Shown here: positions 53,149 to 64,000 of the stretch, piece by piece
Position numbering within the stretch: position 1 is the first letter of the stretch
Layout: every line of letters begins with the position of its first letter
DNA from: Octopus sinensis
Lineage: Eukaryota
Assembly (NCBI RefSeq): GCF_006345805.1
Contig: NC_043014.1
Location: 29,016,001-29,080,000 of the forward strand
DNA length: 64,000 nucleotides
Direction of reading: 5' to 3'
Position numbers and translations under genes: made by a program
Notes under the pieces: model-generated
Told to the model about the DNA's origin: nothing
Databases searched by the model: none
What the model saw: only the letters and a program-made list of their open reading frames with translations

Positions 53149-53207
<59 letters not shown>

Positions 53208-53254
53208 TAATAATAATAACAATAATAATGATAATAATAACAAGGATAATGATA

Positions 53255-53327
53255 ATTGTCTCTTGAGATCACTGGGTGAGACTTGGCGTCAACTTGTACA
53301 AGTGCTAACCAAAAGCCAAACATATAC
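53255..53327 (+). mobile_element. Dong-2 extreme 3' end (~70 bp) in (TAA)n
   Basis: TTGTCTCTTGAGATCACTGGGTGAGACTTGGCGTCAACTTGTACAA matches the reverse complement of 15432-15503. Confidence 0.75.
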
Positions 53328-53440
<113 letters not shown>

Positions 53441-53999
53441 CAACATGGATGTGCTACACCGAGCTCTCCATTCAGAAACAAATCTACTCTAATAACATCG
53501 ATGGAATGGGATAAAAGAAGGAACCTGTGGAAGACTTGAAGGAAGCGGTCTTTTAACGAAAATAATCACAAAAACGAAATTTTACTGCCATACAACGCAC
53601 AGTTTCTCCTATGCACGATGTCTCAATGAAACATGTGCAAAACACACACGCGAAATCAACACCGGAAAGTTTACAAATTATTAAATATAAATGGTACAAA
53701 ACAGTAAGTACATAAATTAATTACGCATACACTCGAATGTCTACACAATCATATATACATCTCAATACCCATAGGACTACATATACATCTCAATGTTTAC
53801 ACAACTACGGGAAATTGACAGGACACACATCCACGCATATAAAACACGTGTCACAAACGAAGCATAAACAAAAAACAAAAACAAAAAGCTTTTTTTTATT
53901 TTTTATTTTTCGCACTAACACAGACAGAGTGAACAATTCATAAGTTTGAAAACGCCATAATAATCTATACCCGGATATAAATCTATCAACAACAAAAGA

Positions 54000-56512
54000 A
54001 AATACAAACGAATACAGATCTGTTAACCTTAAGAAGTTATGTTACGAGCGATGTTAATATGCAGAGAACTCGAAGACGGTGTTATCTAAAAAAATTAACC
54101 CTAAACAGATAGATCCGTCACCTAATGTCAACGTCCAAGCTCTGTCATGCCTCGATGATAACAAAGCAAAATACAAACCGGATTGGTCGTCGACTGGAAC
54201 GCACTCGAATGATGAACCGGATAGAGTACGAAAAATCAGCTACTGATTCAAATCTTCCCGAAACACAGGAGTTGGAAGTACCGCACAACCGTGATAGGCA
54301 AATTGAAATATTCTCTGAACCAACCATAGACACTAAGGCAGATGAAAATCAGATAGATGAAGAAAGTCACAGAGAAATTGACCCAACAGAACTACATGAT
54401 CTAAATCATGATTGAATGGCTGAAAACTGAAGAAACCAGTATGAATGAACGCGACACTCTCCCCAAAATTCCCAATTCTGACCAAAACTTGAAAATAATT
54501 GGTAAAACCTGCCTTGCACTTAAGGATATAATTTCAGCTAATGATGTTGATATTACAGATCCCAACCACCTGTACTATGCATCCGCGAAAATCTCAACGA
54601 TTCTATGTGGTGAAAAGACTAGAAAACAATATTACCACAAAAAAATTTCTTGGTAAGAGCGTATTCAACGCCAAATTCAGTTACTTGGGGGCTGACATAG
54701 AATGTTTAAAAAGCCTTAAGTTTGACAAGACTATCAAACCTACAAAACCCCGAAAAAAAAAATATATATAATATGAAAACCATATTTGACATTGATACCA
54801 CCATAGAAACCATCAAGCAAAAGGTATGTGCTAAAGATGCCGCATAGCAGGGTATGAAAAGCGCATTAGTTTCTTCAAGGGCAACAAAATGTTCAAAAAT
54901 AACCCCAAAAGTTTTTACAGAAAGATAGGGAAAATAGTTACAGTAAAGTCTGTCCCATCAATAGAAGTGCTGGAATATTGAAATAACATTTGAGGAGAAG
55001 ATAAAAAAACAATGGAAAGGCCCCTTGGATTGATAGAATATCAACAGACTTAGACTCCTTAGAAGAGCAAAAGTGGGAGGGTATCAAGGAAGGTAGAAGA
55101 TGTAAGCTCTGCTCTCAGAAAGTTAAGCAATTGGAAGTCTCCAGGAAAGGATAAAATTCCTAACTTCTGGTTGAATACCTTCCCAGAGAGCCATGAACAA
55201 AACTTTACAACAATGTTTTGCAACATCCTAGTATGATTCCTCTTGGCCAGTTAATGGTGTAACATTCCTACTTCCAAAAAATGAAGAAACAATTGAAACA
55301 AAAAATCATAGACTCATAACCTGCTTAACAACAATGTATAAAACGCTAACATCTGTCTTGACTGAATATACCTATAGTTTTTTTAATAGAAAGTGGCATA
55401 TTTCCTAATGAGCAAAAAGGATGTAAACGTGGGTCCTATATTTGTAAATATCAGCTACTCATCAATAAGATGATCTTGGAAGATTGTCACAAACGACACA
55501 ATAACTTGTTGATAGCCTGGATAGACTATAAAAAAGCTTTTGTTAGTCTATCACATAGATGGATTAAGAAATGTCTGGAAATGTATAAAATAGTCCCTAC
55601 TCTGCGAAACTTTTAGTTGAAGGACCTGAAACTACTGCCACAATACAAGGAAAATAGATCAAGTAGACTGCAAAAAAGAATGGTGGAGCCAGAAGCCTCT
55701 GTATGGATAATACATATTTCGAAGTTAAAATGCTGATGTAGATCAAATAACAATCCATCAGTGGATGGGAAGTTCAGAACTCAAAGCAGAGACTGAAGGT
55801 TTCATATTGGCGGTACAAGATCAAAGCTTGCTCACAAAGAACTACCATGCTAACGTTCTTCAAAATGGTTCTGACCATCTCGTCTTGGGATGGCCTGTGC
55901 TGACACTAAACGAATACAAGAATAGGACAGGACAGTATTTACAATAGGGCAGGACAGTATTTACACTGGAAAATATGCAAACACTACAAAATCAGCACTC
56001 GTGCTTAGTGGTATGAACATCATCCTGAACCAGTCGTTGAAGGTATCCTCTGGGATTTTTCAGTGAACACTGACAGAAAGATCCAGGCTAATGGACCAGA
56101 CATCTTATAAAGACATGGAAGGAAATACTTGTTGATTAATAGATGTAAGTGTTCCCACTGATAAAAATATATCCGTCAAGGAATTTGACAAATTAAGTAA
56201 ATATAAAGACCTGGAAATTGAAATACAAAAAACGTGGTATCTTAAAAAGGGAACTGTTCCTCTTATTGTATGTGTCCTAGGTATTATAAGAAAGTGATGT
56301 CAGAAACATCTAGATAATATCCTAGGAGAACCTGCCTACATCCTTAAAAAATCCTATCCATTTAAATGTTTGTGTTGTATTACATGGAGATATTTCGCTA
56401 CTTCCCCTCCCCAAACTTTCTGTCATACTGTAGCATCTCTTATCCTTCACTCGCCCCAGGACACTGGGTGTGTCTCGGCAAGTGAGTGTAACAGACATGC
56501 AGATTAAAACTA
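54000..56512 (+). mobile_element. Long Dong-1 element with internal deletions (5' boundary uncertain, possibly back to ~53445)
   Basis: [56 protein letters not shown], jump at ~55615, LKAETEGFILAVQDQSL, ILWDFSVNTDRKIQA, KEFDKLSKYKDLEIEI; (TAA)n tail. Confidence 0.93.
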
Positions 56513-56513
56513 A

Positions 56514-56566
<53 letters not shown>

Positions 56567-56972
56567 TTTCATTTAATTGCCACAAGGGCGAAGGAGGAGG
56601 AGGACAATACAGAGACAGACATAAAGTGTGGGGGTTGACATATAATAATGGAATGATAATAAATAAATAAATAAAAAAAAATAACAAGAACAATAAAAAT
56701 AATAATAATAGCAACAACGACGATGATGATGATATATTGAAAGATTTTTTTAGAATTTTTTAATGATTTGGTAACACTACGTGAGTATCGCTTTTGTGAG
56801 TAATCATGATATAGATTTACTGTATCATATTCTACAAGGCATGGTTCGTCTGTTCTCGACATTCCGTTGTCATGTTTCGTTAGTGATGGATTATCTTATG
56901 AAAATGTTAAATGTTACCTACTCGAAACTTTAGCTCAATATCCCCGGTGTATGTAGGTGTGTGTGTGTGGTG

Positions 56973-57012
<40 letters not shown>

Positions 57013-57153
57013 TGCGTATGCATATACATATACGTATGTATATATTGAAACATATGTGTGCATATGGATAGGTATACGTGTGTGTATGTGTATATACATA
57101 CAGTAGATTTGTGTATATGCCTGTATCTCTTTCTTTTGTCTCTCTATCTACCC

Positions 57154-57215
<62 letters not shown>

Positions 57216-58161
57216 TATCTCTCGATCTATCTATCTATCTATCTATCTATCTGTCTGTATGTATGTATGTAGTATGTATGTATGTATGTATTGTATGTAT
57301 ATATGTATGTATGTACGTATGCAATGTAATATATATATATAATATATATATATATATATGCATATATGTATATAGGCTCATATATGTACATATAGGTATG
57401 GAGATATGTCTGTATATGTGAATGCATATCTATATAAGTGTGCGTATCCTTCTTATAATAAAAATAGGTGATGTGACACGATAGACTGTTCACATTGCAT
57501 TCGTACACCATTCTTTATCTCTAAACAGAGTCCATGCATATAATCACGTACAACCAGAACACGACTATACATCTATGGGTATCTCATGTACCCATGGAGA
57601 GAAATGACCATGTAAGAGCATAATATGAAATTTAAAAATAACATAGTTTCTTTTGACATTTGATTTCATTTTTACCAAGAGAAATAACGTTCGTTTAGTG
57701 GTAAATAGCACCTTTAACAAAAGTGGTAAGTGGCCCCGAGGAGTAGCCCTTTAGTAGTAAACTTCCTCTGGGCTTATTGTTTGGCAACCGGTGAAAATTA
57801 TTGTTGCTGTGATGATATTGTTTGCATTTTTAAAAAATTATTATTGCAGCAGCAATATTTCCAGAAGCTGAATGATTTGCACATAACAATGAGCAACAGA
57901 AAAAATTGCAAAAGATCTGAGGAAATCACACCCTAATAAAATAAAATAAAATGAAAAATAATAATAAAAATTCTTCGTTGCACTCCTCCAAAATATTCCC
58001 TGTGATAAACAAGCTGTCTCTTTTCCTCTACCTATCTAATGTCTGCTTGTTTGTCTGTCTCTCTATCTCTCTTCCTTTTTCTCTTTCGTTTAAACACACA
58101 CACACACACATATACATATAAACATACATATATTTGCGTATATGTGTGTGCGCGTATATAA

Positions 58162-58194
<33 letters not shown>

Positions 58195-58548
58195 CGATGA
58201 AAGTATTTTGTATGGAAATCTATTCTATTTCAGTTTTATTCTGTTGATAAAATTAATCTAAAAATTATTGTTTGAGATGTCGTTTCGAGTTTCGATAAAA
58301 AGTTGTTCGGTGAAAAATTTTCAGTGAGAAATCGGTTCGTGCCACAAATAGGTTAAGATTAGCCAAAGAAACAACACTCTCTTATATTTATTTATAATCT
58401 AAAAACAGCAAAGAAGGGACATAACTTTGATAATATCTGTTTGTCGAAACGTTTGAAAAATTAAACTGATGCCGCTTGAAGTAAGTCTCTTTGTATGTAT
58501 GTATGTATGATGTATGTATGTATGTATGTATGTATGTATGTATGTATG

Positions 58549-58579
<31 letters not shown>

Positions 58580-58639
58580 ATATGTATGTATGTATGTATA
58601 AACGTATGCAAGTATGCATGCATGAATGTATGGCACTTC

Positions 58640-59670
58640 CTTCCTAGATGGTTTTGGGCAGAGATTCGTGGTGCATTGTATGGCTACAATATGTCCACAT
58701 CTCAACAATAAATGACTTTCAGTTGTTCTTGTGCTGCAGCATTTGTTACCTTCTCTTTCCAGTTTACTGAACCCACTCAGCGGATGATCTCCATCTCAAA
58801 GTCTTCTTTCATTTTCCCCATTGTTCTTAACATTGCCTAAGTTTCTACCTTGTAAAGACAATTACTATAATACTATAATATAACCGTTCACCAGCCTCAG
58901 TTTCAAAGGTAGTGTTAGATCTTTTTCGTAAATGATATTTTAACTATATATATTCTTCGAATAACTTCTTCATAGAGATCTTACTGATTCATTATTTGTC
59001 CTAAACAATTGAAGATTTTTCTTTACTTACTCGAAATCTCTGTCCTACAACCTTTTGTATTTGCTTCTTTTTAACTGTCTTGTTTAGCAGTTATATTTAG
59101 ACTTCTCTTGTTACTTTGCTCTTTTACATCAACAATTTCTTGTTATTCCTCATTGATACCTGCCAATAATAACACTGTTATCTATTGTTGAGAATCCAGA
59201 ACACAAAGCCTTCCTATTTTGGACAGTGTATTATCAGCATGTCGTATATTGTTTGTATTCATGCTATTGTCTGCGGGTCCTTTGATCTCACTTCACTCGC
59301 TAAATATATAATCAGTATAGATGTTAAATAAATATGGTGATAACACATATCCCTGTCTTGCACCTCTTTTGATCTCTACTGATTCTGACAATTCTTGGTC
59401 TATTCTTATGATTGCCTTTCAGTTCCAGTGTATGAACCAGATAATTCTGGTGTCCTTCCCTTCTTAGTCGACATTTTCTAAACAAGCGATGGGCTCTCAG
59501 TGGTTTATGCGGTTAAATGCTTTGGCCTAATCTATTAATGAAGCAAATAAATGTTTTTGTTCTTTCCTTTGCATTTGTGCTAGAATGTTGGAGCGGAATA
59601 TGGCATCTCTTGTACCATTCTTGCCTCTAATTCCAACTTTCTCCTCACCGACTTCTGCATTTCGTTTGCT
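58640..59670 (-). mobile_element. Degraded RTE-clade LINE (RT region)
   Basis: GTRDAIF, ID*AKAFNRINH, EIKRGARQGYVLSPYLFNIYTD, NNIRHADNT. Confidence 0.85.
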
Positions 59671-59704
59671 ATACTATACGTCATACGCATCTCCATTTAT
59701 AAAA

Positions 59705-60013
59705 ACGAAGAAGAAAAGAAGAAGAAGGAAGAAGAAGAAGAAGAAGAAGAAGAAGAAGAAGAAGAAGAAGAACATGTTACGAGAGGGAGAAGAGGAAGGA
59801 GAAGAAGGAGAAGGAGACGAAGAAGGTGAAGAAGAAGAAGAAGAAGGAGAAGGAGACGAAGAAGGAGAAGAAGAAGAAGAAGAAGAAGAAGAAGACGAAG
59901 AAGACGAAGAAGACGAAGAAGACGAAGAAGAAGAAGAAGAAGAAGAAGAAGAAGAAGAAGAAGAAGAAGAAGAAGAAGAAGAAGAAGAAGAAGAAGAAGA
60001 AGAAGAAGAAGAA
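59705..60013. repeat. Purine-rich (GAA/GGA/GAC)n tract
   Basis: Directly visible. Confidence 0.95.
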
Positions 60014-60277
60014 AATAAACCGTAGCAATGAATTCCAGTCAAAATCAAAATTCATTGAACCTATCATGGTAGCAGGGGAGGACAACTTGAGCGACTGTCC
60101 GATAATAAGATTTATATTTAGAATACTGACGTCTATACATACAAGTCAACGGCCCAATTTCAATTCAGTTGCAGCGGAGCTGTGTTACTGATCAGGTTGC
60201 AGATAGTGCGACAAAAATGTTGACGCCATGTATTAAACGACTAAGTTAACAGTTTCTCTGTGCTTTTGAATAGTATG

Positions 60278-60308
<31 letters not shown>

Positions 60309-61319
60309 TATGTGCGTGTGTATGTGCGTCTGTGTGTTTGTATACTGACACATATATGTACGCATTAATGTGTGTGTGTGTGTGAGGTGTGTGTGTGTGT
60401 GTGCGCGTGTGTGTGTGTGTGTGTGTGTGTAAAACAGTAAAAAATTGCACACAAGGATGTCAAAGGAACACACGGGATAAGCGGAAAAACACACACAAAA
60501 GGTGGACACGATCATCACTCATTAGTCACCAACCAAAAATGATCGCAATTTCGCGCCATTATAAACGAACATACACAAATACGTTTGTTCAAAAATACAA
60601 TGTCGTCAATACACACCTAAGATTGCTGCATGTAGATTTGTGAAAACTTTTAACTTTAGAAACATTTTTGTTGGTTATTTTCCGTTAGAATTTTAAAATC
60701 GATAATAGTGCCTAATTAACGTTTATTGGTTCACATTCGATGTAAAATGAAATATTGTGTAGGAACAGAATTTTCTTCTTGTTTTTTGATTCGATATTTA
60801 TGATGAATTTCAGTTTTCAAATGTTATCAGTTTGTTTTCTCATCACTAATTTAAATCACCTTGGGTTTCGTTAAGTAGATGCATCAAACAAATGAAATAA
60901 ATTTAAAGATCTAGACAGCTGAGAGAGAGAGAGAGAGGGATGGGGGAGAGAGAGAAGGAGAGAGAGAGAGAGAGAAGAGAAATAGCAAATAATACAGGAT
61001 TTTAGAATATCTCATAATTTTTTTCAATTCTGAAAATAATATCAAGATTGCAATGCTTACAGTACTGAGATGTTCATTCTGAAAGGGTACCAGCTTACAA
61101 CAAAGTGGACTGCAGCTATTTTTGAGTGAACTTTGTTGTCTGTTTGTACAAGGCCTAGCTGAAATATCGTCAGCAAACTGCATCCTTTTATATATATATA
61201 TATACACAAACATTTATGACAATAAGGATATGATCGTTATTTAAAATACCGATCATATCAAGTGGCCAGCATGGGAATAAAAATCTTATAGGTAATAATA
61301 TATCATTAAAATTATAATT

Positions 61320-61575
61320 ATGGGTATCTAAAAGATACCACCATGCTAGAGATAGCAGCCAAAACTTGACTCTAAAACCACATCAAGTATTCATACAGCA
61401 CCAGGAGAAAAGACAAATAGACAAATAAACTAGCAAGAAAGTATTGGATAATCCCCGATCTAGATTTCTGGCTTTGCAAACGAATATACTCATTAGTGAG
61501 ATATACACTCGATGTGGTTTTAGAGTTAAGTTTTGACTGCTATCTCTTGCATGGTGGTATCTTTTAGATACCCTT
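61320..61575. mobile_element. MITE with ~68-bp terminal inverted repeats
   Basis: GGGTATCTAAAAGATACCACCATGCTAGAGATAGCAGCCAAAACTTGACTCTAAAACCACATC / GATGTGGTTTTAGAGTTAAGTTTTGACTGCTATCTCTTGCATGGTGGTATCTTTTAGATACCC. Confidence 0.85.
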
Positions 61576-61638
61576 AATTATATATATATATATATATTTA
61601 AAAAAGGAGATGTGGAACACGAGTTGTGATATATAAAA

Positions 61639-61968
61639 AAAGGAAATGAAGAAAAAGCTGACAAAATAATTTAAGTAAGGGAGAGTGTATTTAATTAGGT
61701 GAAAGTTCTTTTTACCGCTTGCACATTTGTTATGCTTACCAAAAGATATTTGAGTGAGATAGAGATAGAGTTCCTTTCTGATTGATTTTTTTTCTATTAT
61801 CTGAGATAAGAGAAAAAAAATCAATCAGAAAGGAACTCTATCTCTATCTCACTCAAAATATCTTTTGATAAGCATAACAAATGCGCAAACGGTAAAAAGA
61901 ACTTTCACCTAATTAAATACACTCTCCCTTACTTAAATTATTTTGTCAGCATTTTCTTCATTTCCTTT
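61639..61968. repeat. Near-perfect 330-bp palindrome (foldback element)
   Basis: ~165-bp arms centred on TTATCT-G-AGATAA (61803); only a few mismatches. Confidence 0.92.
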
Positions 61969-61994
61969 ATATATATTATATATATATATATATA

Positions 61995-62049
<55 letters not shown>

Positions 62050-62084
62050 AATAATATATAAATATATGCATATATATTTTTTTT

Positions 62085-62475
62085 CTTTTTACTTGTTTCA
62101 GTCATTTGACTGCGGCCATGCTGGTGCACCGCCTTTAATTGAGCAACTCGACCCCAGGACTTATTCTTTTGTAAGCCCAGTACTTATTCTATCGGTCTCT
62201 CTTGCCGAACCGCTAAGTAACGGGGACATAAACACACCAGCATCGGTTGTCAAGCAATGCTAGGGGGACAAACACAGACACACAAACACACACGAATATA
62301 TATATATATATACATATATACGACGGGCTTCTTTCAGTTTCCGTCTACCAAATCCACTCACAAGGCTTTGGTCGGCCCGAGGCTATAGTAGAAGACACTT
62401 GCAAAAGGTGCCACGCAGTGGGACTGAACCCGGAACCATGTGGTTGGTAAACAAGCTACTTACCACACAGCCACT
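62085..62475 (-). mobile_element. SINE family A (a plus-strand A tail follows at ~62575-62705)
   Basis: Near-complete, young-looking copy. Confidence 0.9.
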
Positions 62476-62710
62476 ACAGGACATCAAAAAAACTCTGAAC
62501 ACAATGAGAAACGAAAACATAAAAACAAAAACATAGAAACGAACGTTTTTCAAACAACGAAAAAGTTCGTGTCCATGTTTTTGAGACCGACAGTATAAGT
62601 ACTAGGCTTATAAAGAATAAGTCCTGCAGTGGATTTGTTCGACTAGATGTCTTGCTCCAGCATGGCTGCAGTCAAATGACTGAAACGGATTAAAGAATAA
62701 AAGAATATAT

Positions 62711-62762
<52 letters not shown>

Positions 62763-62833
62763 TATATATATATATATTATATATACAAATAATATACTAT
62801 ATATATATTTGTAAGTATATGTATATGTATGTA

Positions 62834-62882
<49 letters not shown>

Positions 62883-64000
62883 ATATATTTATGTATATAT
62901 ACATACATACATACATATGTATGTTCATACATACATACGCACACATGCATCTACAACGAACATACGGGTTCTTTCACAAAACACCCCGATCATCCGAAAC
63001 TCAGAAACGTTATTGCAAGTGAGTATGAACTGATGACAATACTATGCTTTCGCTAATTCTTTCAGGTGCTCATGTAGTTTCATACTGATAAAGACACTCT
63101 ATCGGTCTTCCCATCTATGGACCAACAGAACGTTCGTTATGTGAATGCTGGAGAGCGTTAGAGGGGCAATGCACCGCCTTATCTGCTATAGAACATGACG
63201 TGTATTATTAAAGGATACAAAGTCTGCTCCATGACCTTATAGTCCATGATCCCTACACTCTAACCACAAGGGCAGGTCTTAATTATGCATGTCGAGTGGT
63301 TAAAAAGTTCATTTTAAAACATGAGGCACCGGATTCAAACTTAACGCGTAGTGTGAAGTGTAAATGCATTTGATATAGTCTCGAGATAACCCAAGTACCG
63401 TGATGAATTTGAGTGGAGGAAACTGCCTCATAAACTCTACCTCTAATCAAATGTCCAGCCTTATCAAGTTTGTGTTTCACGCTGATTCTACTCTACTTAA
63501 AAATTACGTTAAGGTACAACTTACTCGTTTAATTCTTAGCTACTACGTACGTTAATTCAATAAACAGCTTGTATAATCGATCAAACACTAGACCCTCATA
63601 TGTGGGGTGAATGATTTATTTATACATCGTACACATATCCATCCATCCATCCCTCCATCCATCCATCCATCCTTCATCCATCCATCCATCCATTCCTCCA
63701 TCCATCCATCCAATCATATCCACCATACCATGTATATGTGTACGTGTGTGTGTGTGTGTCTGGGTGTCTATTCGAGTATGTGTGTATGTGTGGGTATTAG
63801 GATGTTAGTGTTGATTAAGTGTTTTTCTACTGTTACATGCCTATATCTTATGTAATGGAATTGAGCAAATATATCTAGATATGAATGGATGTGTGAAGTG
63901 TTTATCTGTAGTTATATCTATGTAGATTTATATGGTATATAGATGTGTGTGTATATATATATAATATATATATATATATATTATGCATGCATACATACAT

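Noticed and set aside
59585-60191. Poly-Lys/poly-Glu ORFs
   Set aside because: A GAA tract fused to antisense RTE sequence, open in several frames only because the repeat lacks stops.

Overview
AT-rich, repeat-saturated animal genomic DNA. The SINE repertoire and microsatellite density strongly suggest an octopus (cephalopod) genome, which is an inference. There is no complete, recognisable host gene; nearly all ORFs in the track are microsatellite artefacts or transposon debris. Contents: (i) many tRNA-derived SINEs from at least four families, labelled here A, B (two tails, B1/B2), D (two tails) and E (carries a hammerhead); (ii) a ~550-bp non-coding element (family C, 8 copies or fragments) that always touches a (TTA)n/(ATC)n tract; (iii) more than 10 remnants of R4/Dong-type REL non-LTR retrotransposons, most sitting in (TAA)n tracts; (iv) RTE LINE remnants, one ending in three C2H2 fingers; (v) four mariner remnants and one DD37D remnant; (vi) three foldback/MITE-like palindromes; (vii) Penelope-type debris with five hammerhead-ribozyme motifs, one apparently intact (39287-39334) and one inside a tRNA-headed SINE with a head-to-head inversion (17006-17326); (viii) a few unique islands that may be host exons; (ix) a 100-N assembly gap. 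Most repeat boundaries were read by eye and are approximate (about +/-10-30 bp).
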